DNA of 64,000 nucleotides from Bacteroidia bacterium. Its GTDB lineage: Bacteria; Bacteroidota; Bacteroidia; NS11-12g; UBA9320. The translations under genes were made by a program, and so were the position numbers. The stretch spans positions 64,751 to 128,750 of the forward strand of contig JAQWNJ010000014.1 in assembly GCA_029268695.1 (NCBI GenBank), in the 5' to 3' direction. The notes beneath the pieces are model-generated. The model was not told the origin of the DNA. It searched no databases and saw only the letters and a list, made by a program, of their open reading frames with translations. Shown piece by piece: positions 30,467-39,488 of the stretch (within the stretch, counting starts at the first letter, position 1; every line of letters begins with the position of its first letter).

Positions 30467-31016
30467 CATTGAACCCTTTTTTTTATGGAGGGATGTCTAC
30501 AGATCAGAGGATGATCCAAATGCTTTAAATTATAAAAATCAGTACTCTGAATTTCACTACACAAACAAAGTTTACAATTTCGTTCTCCATCCTCAATGGG
30601 ATAATTTTGGAAGCGATACTTTGTTATATAAGCTGATTTATGCTGATTATGATGAACAATTTTGCATTATTGAATTAATTGGCGAGTGGAATGATGCCAT
30701 AAATAATGATATTATGATCTTTAAAACTGAACTTATTAATCAACTCATTGATTGCGGAATTCAGAATTTTGTTGTTATCATGGAAAATGTTCTAAACTTT
30801 CATGCCGATGGAGATGACTATTACAAAGAATGGAAAGAAGAAATTAATGGCGAGATCTATTTAATCAATGCACTTCCCCATGTATTGGATGAATTGCACC
30901 GTTATCACCTCAAAAATCAGCTTTCATTTGGTGGTCGATTAAATGATATTGATTGGAGAAAACTTAAACCAGACCAAATCATAGAATTTTTAGAAACAAA
31001 ATTTTTAGAAGGATAA
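30459..31016 (+). CDS. Hypothetical cytoplasmic protein
   Basis: The ORF is conserved-looking and acidic. The ATG is placed at 30459, overlapping the GT2 stop; the track's 30402 start lies inside GT2. Confidence 0.35.
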   Translation: MHNIEPFFLWRDVYRSEDDPNALNYKNQYSEFHYTNKVYNFVLHPQWDNFGSDTLLYKLIYADYDEQFCIIELIGEWNDAINNDIMIFKTELINQLIDCGIQNFVVIMENVLNFHADGDDYYKEWKEEINGEIYLINALPHVLDELHRYHLKNQLSFGGRLNDIDWRKLKPDQIIEFLETKFLEG

Positions 31017-31050
31017 AATAGATTTTATTGCGAAATAATCTAGTTGTATA

Positions 31051-33933
31051 TTGCTCGATTATACAAGTCGTAATAATAGCTTGAAAGTAGAAAACAATTC
31101 GAAGTATAAATTGGCATTTAGTATTCATCAACATCCTCAACTGGGAGTGATGATTAATCCATATATTATTGCTTATACATCATTAAACACCCTGTCTCTA
31201 ACTTACCAAAAAGTATTTTCAGGAAATGCTTCTTACTATGACAAATTATCCGAAGAAGAACTTAGGCAGATTGAATTGCTGGACCCTTTGATGATTGAAA
31301 ATATTATTCGTAAATTTTCTCCCAAACAAAAAATTCGTCCAAAAGAATACTTTCAAAAACATTTTGATAAATCTTTCTTTAAGAATAATATAAGGCCATA
31401 CATGGATGAGATAATATCCATTTTTTTTAAAAATATCGATTCTTCAAATAATCAGATTTATCTCGCTGATGATATAAACCCTGCAGCTCACCCCATAGAA
31501 ATTAAGGCCGATTTTACCAAAGTTCTTTTCCATTTTCGTAAAAATGAAAATGGCACTTCATACTTCGTGACGCTCAAACATGGGGACGATAGAATTTTAT
31601 TTATGAAGCAAAATGGACTTCTTCTATCTTCAAAACCTGCAAGAATATTAGTTCACAATACCATTTATAAATTTTATGACTTTGTAGATGGAAATAAAAT
31701 TGGAATTTTCCTTCACAAAAAATACATTCATGTTAAACCAGAAAATCAACAATCATATTACAAAAAATTTGTTCGCCCATTACTTGAGACTTCCCCTGTC
31801 CAAGCTCAAGGGTTCACTATAAATACAAAAAAAGAATCTGCATTACCACAATTATCTATAACCCAAAAAGACAATTTCTTTGGTTTTAACTTAAATATTA
31901 TTTACGACAAAAATGTGTTTCCCTATCATCCTGATAAGTTTTTTCATGTTAAAATGGATTGGAAAGATAATCAACCCTTATTTACCAAATATAAACGGTC
32001 TGTTATATGGGAATCAAATAAATCAAATCTTTTAACAGAAAAAGGACTAACTCATCAAGAAGGATCCTTTTTCACTGGTAACTTTAATTCACTTAACCAT
32101 TGCCTTACTTGGCTTCAACTTAATTATGATTTTTTAAAGCAAAATTATTTTGAGATTGAAAATGATTTAAACATTCAACTTGTCGTAGAAAAACCCATCT
32201 TGGAATATTCCATTAAAGACAAAATTGATTGGTTTGATCTAAAAATGGTGGTTAGAATCGGTGATTCTAAAATTCCCTTCAGTAAAATAGTTTCTGAAAT
32301 GAAAAAAGGGCAAAGTCAAATGACATTAGCCAGCGGAGAGATTTTTCTTTTCCCTGAGGAATGGTTTGCACTTGGAGAATCTTTGTTCAATACTAAACAA
32401 AAAAGCAATCAATATTCAATCCAAAAGTACGAGCTGAATATTCTAAGTCATATTCAATCTGAGAAGATAAAACAACATTTAAACAAGTTAGTAGATATAA
32501 AAAGTGAAAAACCTCATTCACTATTTAAAGGCAAACTTAGACCCTATCAAAAAGATGGATTAAGTTGGTTGATGTTTTTAAAAAACAACCATTTTGGGGG
32601 AATTTTAGCTGATGATATGGGACTAGGGAAAACAATCCAAGCACTTGCATTTATTCAAAAAGTGAATCATGCACTTCCAAAAGAAAAAACAACACCTTCT
32701 TTTTTAATAGTTGCACCCACATCACTGCTTTATAACTGGGTTAATGAATGTTCAAAATTCACTTCCGAACTTCGTATAAAAATTCATTCTGGCAGTAAAC
32801 GATATAAAGAAATTAATCAGTTTGAAAATATAGACTTGATTATTACTAGTTACGGACTTATTAGAAACGATAACCATCTTTTTCAAGATGCTCAATTTGA
32901 GATCATTCTTTTAGATGAAAGTCAAAACATTAAAAACTACTCTGCAAAAACTACTCAATATATCAATAAATTGAATGCTAACTGTCGAATTGCACTGTCC
33001 GGGACACCCATAGAAAATACAATTAAAGATCTTTGGAGTCAAATGAATTTTTTAAACAAAGGGTTACTAGGGTCTTTGAATCAATTTAATGAAAAATATG
33101 CCAAACCTATTGAAAAACAAAACGATGAAAAGAAAGTTGAAGAATTAAAGAAAATCATTCAACCTTTTTTACTCAGAAGGACAAAAGAAGAAGTTGCAAA
33201 AGACTTGCCTGACATTCAAGAAAAAATCATCTATTGTGGAATGTCTGAGGAACAAGAAAAGTATTACGAAAAAGTAAAATCGGAATATCGGAATAATCTT
33301 TTAAATAGAGAAGATCAAAAAGAATTCAAAGCATCTAAGCTATCGATATTACAAGGGCTTTCAAAGCTAAGGCAAATTTCAAACCACCCCATTTTAATGG
33401 ATGACAGCTATATTTACGATAGTGGGAAACATGAACTCTTACTTGAAAAAATTCATACAGGAATATCGGACGGACACAAAATATTAGTTTTCTCTCAATT
33501 CGTTACCTATTTAGAATTGCTTGAAAAAGCAATTCTAAAATCTGAACTTTCCTATTTTAAACTTACAGGAGCTACATCTAAAGAAAAAAGGCAATCCTTT
33601 GTTCATGAATTTCAGACACAAGCAAGTCCATGCGTCTTCTTGATTTCTTTAAAAGCTGGTGGAGTAGGTCTTAACCTAACTGCGGCTGACTATGTATTCA
33701 TAGCTGATCCATGGTGGAATCCTGCTGCCGAAGCTCAAGCCAGGGATAGGAGTCACCGAATAGGACAAACTAAACCTGTTTTTAGTTATAAATTCATCTC
33801 AAAGGGTACCATAGAAGAAAAAATAACCCAACTACAAAACCAAAAGAAAAAAATATCTAAAGATCTAATTCACTCTGAAAGCAGCATACTCAAGAATATC
33901 AACCTTAAAGACCTTCAACTTTTATTAGAATAA
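31051..33933 (+). CDS. SNF2-family (Swi2/Snf2, RapA/HepA-like) helicase with a ~480-aa N-terminal domain of unknown function
   Basis: LRPYQKDGLSWLMFL...ILADDMGLGKTIQALAFI is SNF2 motif I. Also present are DESQNIKN (motif II), a helicase C domain (LNLTAADYVFIADPWWNPAAEAQARDRSHRIGQ), and an N-terminal unknown domain. The start is uncertain (TTG 31051, GTG 31147, ATG 31150). Confidence 0.8.
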   Translation: MLDYTSRNNSLKVENNSKYKLAFSIHQHPQLGVMINPYIIAYTSLNTLSLTYQKVFSGNASYYDKLSEEELRQIELLDPLMIENIIRKFSPKQKIRPKEYFQKHFDKSFFKNNIRPYMDEIISIFFKNIDSSNNQIYLADDINPAAHPIEIKADFTKVLFHFRKNENGTSYFVTLKHGDDRILFMKQNGLLLSSKPARILVHNTIYKFYDFVDGNKIGIFLHKKYIHVKPENQQSYYKKFVRPLLETSPVQAQGFTINTKKESALPQLSITQKDNFFGFNLNIIYDKNVFPYHPDKFFHVKMDWKDNQPLFTKYKRSVIWESNKSNLLTEKGLTHQEGSFFTGNFNSLNHCLTWLQLNYDFLKQNYFEIENDLNIQLVVEKPILEYSIKDKIDWFDLKMVVRIGDSKIPFSKIVSEMKKGQSQMTLASGEIFLFPEEWFALGESLFNTKQKSNQYSIQKYELNILSHIQSEKIKQHLNKLVDIKSEKPHSLFKGKLRPYQKDGLSWLMFLKNNHFGGILADDMGLGKTIQALAFIQKVNHALPKEKTTPSFLIVAPTSLLYNWVNECSKFTSELRIKIHSGSKRYKEINQFENIDLIITSYGLIRNDNHLFQDAQFEIILLDESQNIKNYSAKTTQYINKLNANCRIALSGTPIENTIKDLWSQMNFLNKGLLGSLNQFNEKYAKPIEKQNDEKKVEELKKIIQPFLLRRTKEEVAKDLPDIQEKIIYCGMSEEQEKYYEKVKSEYRNNLLNREDQKEFKASKLSILQGLSKLRQISNHPILMDDSYIYDSGKHELLLEKIHTGISDGHKILVFSQFVTYLELLEKAILKSELSYFKLTGATSKEKRQSFVHEFQTQASPCVFLISLKAGGVGLNLTAADYVFIADPWWNPAAEAQARDRSHRIGQTKPVFSYKFISKGTIEEKITQLQNQKKKISKDLIHSESSILKNINLKDLQLLLE

Positions 33934-33974
33934 TACGGATATATCTAGTAAATTTGCTTTCAAATTTTAAGCCC

Positions 33975-34727
33975 ATGAAAAAAATATTTACATTATTACT
34001 GATCGCTCTAACTAGTCTTTCATTTGCTCAAGTAGATTGGGCTATTAAGTCCATTATAGAGCCAACTGAACTTGAGTCTAATACTTCCTCAGGAACACCA
34101 ATTCCTGTTAATTTGGAATGCGAGAATCGAGGCACATCGACCATTTTTACTGGAGATACTGTGATATACAATTTATTGATGATTGACTTAAAACTTAGTC
34201 AAGTTATTGCTCAAATCCCAAACGGCTTCTACTATCAGGTTATCACAGAAGATATACCAGTTGGTGGGACTTTTAATATTATAAATGAAAATATATCACT
34301 TGGCTCATATCCATTTGAATCAAGAGATGTAAGATTAGGTGCAACTTCATACATTATGGATAGAACATCTCCTTACCTTGATTCTGATTCAAGTAATAAC
34401 TCTACATTCGTTGACATAACTTGGTGGAACCCACAACGATGGAATGTATCTGTAGAAGATGTAAAATATAATTCTGATAACATTGCCGTATATCCCAATC
34501 CAGCAAATGATCAGTTGAACGTTCGCTTACTGTTTGCAGAAAGTAATGCAGTTAACATCGAATTATTTGACCTTACTGGTAAAGTAGTAGCATCGCCAAA
34601 TAGGAATCAGGCTATTTCTCCTAATCAATATACCATTGATGTGGCAGACTTGAGTAAAGGAGTTTACATCCTTAAAGTTACTAACGGGACAAAAGTGAGT
34701 ACGTCCAAAGTGACTATTTCTCATTAA
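33975..34727 (+). CDS. Small secreted protein with a T9SS type-A C-terminal sorting domain (Por_Secre_tail)
   Basis: It has a signal peptide. The C-terminus VYPNPANDQLNV...IELFDLTGKVV...GVYILKVTNGTKVSTSKVTISH is the canonical TIGR04183-type CTD. Confidence 0.7.
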   Translation: MKKIFTLLLIALTSLSFAQVDWAIKSIIEPTELESNTSSGTPIPVNLECENRGTSTIFTGDTVIYNLLMIDLKLSQVIAQIPNGFYYQVITEDIPVGGTFNIINENISLGSYPFESRDVRLGATSYIMDRTSPYLDSDSSNNSTFVDITWWNPQRWNVSVEDVKYNSDNIAVYPNPANDQLNVRLLFAESNAVNIELFDLTGKVVASPNRNQAISPNQYTIDVADLSKGVYILKVTNGTKVSTSKVTISH

Positions 34728-34750
34728 TATTAATAAACAATATGATCTCA

Positions 34751-34779
34751 AACCGCTCAAAACATGGGCGGTTTTTTTG
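34751..34779 (+). terminator. Rho-independent terminator
   Basis: AACCGC-loop-GCGGTT is followed by TTTTTTT immediately after the T9SS-CTD gene. Confidence 0.5.
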
Positions 34780-34821
34780 TGAGTTTACTTTAAGTTTGCC
34801 TAAACACCTATAATCAATACT

Positions 34822-35580
34822 ATGGCAGGACACAGTAAATGGGCGAACATAAAACATCGAAAAGCCGCACAAGATAAAAAACGAGCAAAAGTATGGACAC
34901 GAATTATCAAGGAAATTACCATAGCCGCTAGAGATGGTGGCCCAGACTTGGATAGTAATCCAAGTTTGAGGCTTGCAGTTCAAAATGGTAAGGGTGCTAA
35001 CTTGCCAAAAGACACGATTGAACGTGCTATAAAGAAAGGTTCTGGAGCTGAAGCTGCTAATTTACAATCCTATACCTATGAAGGTTATGGACCACATGGT
35101 ATTGCCATTTACCTGCATGCAACATCCGATAATATCAATAGGACTGTAGCAAATGTTCGATCGATATTTACTAAAAATAATGGTTCCTTAGGAACTAATG
35201 GATCTTTAAGTTACGTTTTTGAGACTAATGGTGTTTTTACAATCTCTGCTGAATCCATTGCCGAATGGAATAATGATGATTTGGAATTAGAACTAATTGA
35301 TGGCGGGGCAAACGAGGTAATCTTTGATGATGGAGGGTTAACTGCTTATACTTCATTTGATGATTATGGTGGTATGCAATCCAAATTACAACAGCTAAAC
35401 ATAACAGCTAAATCCACAGAAATACACCAAATACCTGTAACAACAAAAACATTAGAACTTTCTGAAGCGGAGGAGGTTTTAAAAATTATAGATAAGTTTG
35501 AAGAGGATGACGACATCCAAACTGTATTCCACAACCTAGAACTAACCGAAGAACTAATCGCTCAAATTGAAGATAACTAG
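34822..35580 (+). CDS. yebC: YebC/PmpR family DNA-binding transcriptional regulator
   Basis: [32 protein letters not shown] is the hallmark N-terminus. Confidence 0.85.
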   Translation: MAGHSKWANIKHRKAAQDKKRAKVWTRIIKEITIAARDGGPDLDSNPSLRLAVQNGKGANLPKDTIERAIKKGSGAEAANLQSYTYEGYGPHGIAIYLHATSDNINRTVANVRSIFTKNNGSLGTNGSLSYVFETNGVFTISAESIAEWNNDDLELELIDGGANEVIFDDGGLTAYTSFDDYGGMQSKLQQLNITAKSTEIHQIPVTTKTLELSEAEEVLKIIDKFEEDDDIQTVFHNLELTEELIAQIEDN

Positions 35581-35581
35581 C

Positions 35582-37120
35582 ATGAATAAAAGAGAAACCC
35601 TAGACCAAAAACTGACTTCATCCAAAATGGGTGGTGGACAAAAAAGAATTGACGCTCAACATGCCAAAAATAAACTCACAGCACGAGAACGATTGGATTT
35701 ATTGCTTGACAAAAACTCATTCGAGGAAATTGGTGCATTAATAAAACACCGAAGTACTGATTTTGGAATGGAAAAAATGCACTATCCTGGAGATGGGGTG
35801 GTAACAGGGTATGGAACAATTAATGGACGATTAGTTTATGTGTTCTCTCAAGACTTTACCGTTTTTGGGGGATCACTATCTGAAACTCATGCAGAGAAAA
35901 TTTGTAAAATCATGGATATGGCTATGAAGAATGGAGCTCCGGTTATTGGATTAAACGATAGTGGGGGAGCTCGAATCCAGGAGGGTGTAGTTTCTCTTGG
36001 AGGATATGCTGACATATTTTATCGTAATACGCGTGCGAGTGGTGTAATACCGCAATTGAGTCTTGTAATGGGTCCATGTGCTGGTGGAGCTGTCTACTCC
36101 CCAGCAATTACGGATTTCATTCTCATGGTAGAGGGTACTAGCTATATGTTTGTAACAGGACCCAATGTTGTAAAAACGGTTACCAATGAAGAAGTCACAT
36201 CTGAGGATTTGGGTGGAGCATCAGTTCATTCCGAAAAAAGTGGAGTAGCACACCTCACTGCTAGCAATGATTTGCAAGCAATTGAAGACATTAAAAAACT
36301 ATTATCCTACATCCCACAAAATTGCGAGGATTCGGCCCCTGAATTACCCTACGAAATTGAGGATGAGATTAGGAATAATCTCATCAATATTGTACCTGAA
36401 AACCCAAACCAACCTTATGATATTAAAGAGGTTATTCATGGGATAATTGATCAAGAATCATTCTTCGAAATTCACAAGGATTTCGCTCCTAATATTGTTG
36501 TTGGATTTGCTAGATTAGCAGGTAAGAGCATTGGTATTGTTGCAAATCAACCTGCATATTTAGCTGGTGTTTTAGATGTTCAATCATCACAAAAAGCAGC
36601 CCGTTTTGTTCGTTTTTGTGATTGTTTTAATATCCCACTATTGGTCTTAGAAGATGTCCCAGGATTTTTACCTGGAACAGATCAAGAATGGAATGCAATT
36701 ATTACAAATGGTGCTAAACTATTATATGCATTTAGTGAGGCTACCGTCCCAAGAATTACTGTGATTACCCGAAAAGCCTATGGTGGAGCATACGATGTTA
36801 TGAATAGTAAACATATCGGAGCAGATATGAATTTTGCGTGGCCAAGTGCAGAAATTGCTGTAATGGGGGCCAAAGGTGCAGCAGAAATTATTTTTAGGAA
36901 TGAAATAAAATCTGCTAAAGATCCTGAAGTTGCACTAGCAAACAAAGAAAAGGAATATGCCGATATATTTGCTAATCCTTACCGAGCTGCTGAACGAGGA
37001 TTTGTTGATGAAGTTATTTATCCTGAACAAACCCGATTAAAGCTTATTAAATCGTTTGCAATGCTTGAAAACAAAGTGGATTCAATACCACATAAAAAAC
37101 ACGGGAACATCCCACTTTAA
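35582..37120 (+). CDS. Acyl-CoA carboxylase carboxyltransferase beta subunit (propionyl-CoA/methylmalonyl-CoA carboxyltransferase family)
   Basis: The AccD5/PccB-like blocks are present ([59 protein letters not shown]). Confidence 0.85.
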   Translation: MNKRETLDQKLTSSKMGGGQKRIDAQHAKNKLTARERLDLLLDKNSFEEIGALIKHRSTDFGMEKMHYPGDGVVTGYGTINGRLVYVFSQDFTVFGGSLSETHAEKICKIMDMAMKNGAPVIGLNDSGGARIQEGVVSLGGYADIFYRNTRASGVIPQLSLVMGPCAGGAVYSPAITDFILMVEGTSYMFVTGPNVVKTVTNEEVTSEDLGGASVHSEKSGVAHLTASNDLQAIEDIKKLLSYIPQNCEDSAPELPYEIEDEIRNNLINIVPENPNQPYDIKEVIHGIIDQESFFEIHKDFAPNIVVGFARLAGKSIGIVANQPAYLAGVLDVQSSQKAARFVRFCDCFNIPLLVLEDVPGFLPGTDQEWNAIITNGAKLLYAFSEATVPRITVITRKAYGGAYDVMNSKHIGADMNFAWPSAEIAVMGAKGAAEIIFRNEIKSAKDPEVALANKEKEYADIFANPYRAAERGFVDEVIYPEQTRLKLIKSFAMLENKVDSIPHKKHGNIPL

Positions 37121-37161
37121 AACTAACACGTATCTCTTAACGTTAATAGTAAGATGTAACC

Positions 37162-37545
37162 ATGCTAATTTTTAAACCATATATCATTCAATTAAATGCA
37201 GTGTTCATACTTACCTGTATCTTAATAATTGGTTGCAAATACGATAATGAGGAGAATTTGTATCCCAGTAATAGTTGTATAATTAGCGATATGTCATTCA
37301 GCAACGATATTTATCCTATACTTCAAAATTATAATTGTATTAGTTGTCACAATACTATAAACCCTCAAGGAGGCGTTAATTTAGAGAATTATGCTCAAAC
37401 AAAAATTTGGGTTGATAATTCTAGACTTGCCAAGAGTATTAATCATAATGGAGCTTCACCCATGCCAAAAAATCAAGAAAAGATGGATTCATGCGATATA
37501 AGAAAAATTGAATCTTGGATATCGGATGGAGCCCAAAATAATTAA
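37162..37545 (+). CDS. Small lipoprotein with a single CxxCH motif (putative c-type haem or metal-binding)
   Basis: It has a lipobox (IIGC) and CISCHNT. It is the first gene of a tight 4-gene run. Confidence 0.35.
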   Translation: MLIFKPYIIQLNAVFILTCILIIGCKYDNEENLYPSNSCIISDMSFSNDIYPILQNYNCISCHNTINPQGGVNLENYAQTKIWVDNSRLAKSINHNGASPMPKNQEKMDSCDIRKIESWISDGAQNN

Positions 37546-37552
37546 CACAAAC

Positions 37553-37999
37553 ATGAAAAAAATAGCTCTTCTTTCTACAAGCTTTGTTCTTCTAGGTATT
37601 CTCCTATTTGTATATCGGATGTTTAATAAACCACACACCAACGTCAAAGAAAATAAAGCATATGAACACCTTAGTGCTGAGCAGCTATTTTATTTTTTTA
37701 ATCGAAATGAAGACTCTGCTATGGTTGTATTTTCAGATCAAATCATTCAAGTTACAGGCACCCTTTTAACCAAAGATTTATCCAATGAATTAGAGCCACA
37801 AATCACACTAAAAACAAATATTAATAACGGTTTTATTCGATGTGGTTTTAAACCAAATGAACTTAAAAATATAGCTAAATTAAAAGATTCATCAACTGTA
37901 AAGATTAAAGGAATTTGCAAGGGGATGAATGGTGATGACGAACTCACACTACTAGAAGATAAAGATATCATATTATCATCTAGCATCATTATTGAATAA
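37553..37999 (+). CDS. Hypothetical N-terminally membrane-anchored protein (possibly OB-fold, tRNA_anti-like)
   Basis: It has an N-terminal TM/signal anchor followed by about 120 aa of beta-rich domain. It starts 8 nt after the upstream stop. Confidence 0.3.
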   Translation: MKKIALLSTSFVLLGILLFVYRMFNKPHTNVKENKAYEHLSAEQLFYFFNRNEDSAMVVFSDQIIQVTGTLLTKDLSNELEPQITLKTNINNGFIRCGFKPNELKNIAKLKDSSTVKIKGICKGMNGDDELTLLEDKDIILSSSIIIE

Positions 38000-38008
38000 T
38001 AAATTACC

Positions 38009-38566
38009 ATGAAAAAAATAACGCTCATACTAATAACAGCTTTAAGTTTATTTGCCTTTTCTAATCACAGTGGGGGTATATACAAAACCAATACCGGAAA
38101 CATCAGTTTTTACAGTCACACTCCAGTTGAAGATATATCGGCAGAAAACCACAAAGTAAAAACAGCTTTTTCAACCGAATCTGGCCAGCTACAATTTAGC
38201 TGTTTAATCAAAGATTTTGAATTTAAGAAGGCATTGATGCAGGAACATTTTAATGAAAATTATATGGAAAGTACGACGTATCCAAAGGCCACTTTTAATG
38301 GCAAAATAGAGTCTATATCATCCATAGACTTTAGCAAAGATGGAACATATAATTCAAAGGTAAATGGCAAGCTCACCATAAAAAATAAAACCCAAGATGT
38401 AGCTACTACTGGCACATTTGTCGTAGCCAATGGTATTGTCAATGCAAAAGCAACATTTAATTTAAATCCCTATGACTATAATGTCAAAATACCCAAAATG
38501 GTAGCCCCAAAAATATCTGAAAATATTAAAATTACCATTAATTCGGACTACACACATAATCATTAA
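38009..38566 (+). CDS. YceI-like (polyisoprenoid-binding) periplasmic protein
   Basis: It has a signal peptide and is about 185 aa. The YceI-like pattern is present (ISFYSHTPVEDISAENHKV...QFSCLIKDFE...ATFNG). Confidence 0.65.
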   Translation: MKKITLILITALSLFAFSNHSGGIYKTNTGNISFYSHTPVEDISAENHKVKTAFSTESGQLQFSCLIKDFEFKKALMQEHFNENYMESTTYPKATFNGKIESISSIDFSKDGTYNSKVNGKLTIKNKTQDVATTGTFVVANGIVNAKATFNLNPYDYNVKIPKMVAPKISENIKITINSDYTHNH

Positions 38567-38578
38567 ATTTTCTAAAAC

Positions 38579-39466
38579 TTGAGAACCAATAAATACATAT
38601 CTCTCAGTAAAATTTTAATGATTATTATCATTAATGTTATTTATGGCTCTGCGTTTTCTCAAGAATTGAATTTGATAGACGATAACGAACCTGAGGGAAG
38701 AACGTATACCATAGCAACATTCAAAACTAATCGAATAGTTAATGGGCATAGTATTGAAACGGTGGCTAAAAATGAGCTCGACTTCAAAATATCCCATCGA
38801 TTTGGACTGCTTCACAATGGATTCTATGATTTATTCGGATTAGATCAAGCCTCTATGAGAATGGGAGGAGACTTTGGAATCACGGATAACCTAAATGTTG
38901 GCTTAGGAAGAAGTACGGTCGATAAAACATATGATGGCTTTGTTAAATACAAGTTTCTCAAACAAAGTATTGGATCAAAATCTTGCCCTGTAACAGGTGT
39001 TGTTATGAGCCATATAGGAATCAATACTCTGAAATGGACGCACCCTGAACGAAATAATTTATTTTCTAGTAGATTACACTTCACCCATCAATTATTATTG
39101 GCTCGTAAATTCTCCAAAAACTTTAGTGCTCAAATAACTCCAACGCTAACCCATCTGAACATTGTAGAAAATACTGCCTTTTCTAATGATGTAATTTCTA
39201 TTGGCGTAGGAGCCAGGCAAAAACTATTTACACGTGTTTCTGTTAATTTAGAGTATTATTATGTTTTCCCTGACCAAATAAAACCAAATAGCACTAATTC
39301 GCTATCAATGGGTTTTGACATCGAAACTGGAGGCCATGTTTTTCAGCTTTTTTTTACAAACTCATATGCCCCTTTTGAAAAAGGATTCATAACTGACACC
39401 AAAGGTAAATGGATCGACGGAGACGTTCGATTTGGTTTTAACATTGCAAGAATATTTGATTTTTAG
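38579..39466 (+). CDS. Hypothetical outer-membrane beta-barrel protein
   Basis: It has a signal peptide (TTG start retains the K/R n-region), alternating amphipathic beta strands, and a C-terminal RIFDF (aromatic terminus). Confidence 0.4.
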   Translation: MRTNKYISLSKILMIIIINVIYGSAFSQELNLIDDNEPEGRTYTIATFKTNRIVNGHSIETVAKNELDFKISHRFGLLHNGFYDLFGLDQASMRMGGDFGITDNLNVGLGRSTVDKTYDGFVKYKFLKQSIGSKSCPVTGVVMSHIGINTLKWTHPERNNLFSSRLHFTHQLLLARKFSKNFSAQITPTLTHLNIVENTAFSNDVISIGVGARQKLFTRVSVNLEYYYVFPDQIKPNSTNSLSMGFDIETGGHVFQLFFTNSYAPFEKGFITDTKGKWIDGDVRFGFNIARIFDF

Positions 39467-39488
39467 TATATTTGATAAGACATTTTAA

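Noticed and set aside
38579-39466. Possibility that the 295-aa outer-membrane barrel upstream of the 851-aa type-B cargo is PorP/SprF
   Set aside because: It lacks the N-terminal QQDP-Y-QYMFN and NPA signature of PorP/SprF, and it lies upstream rather than downstream of the cargo gene. It is kept only as a hypothesis in the findings.
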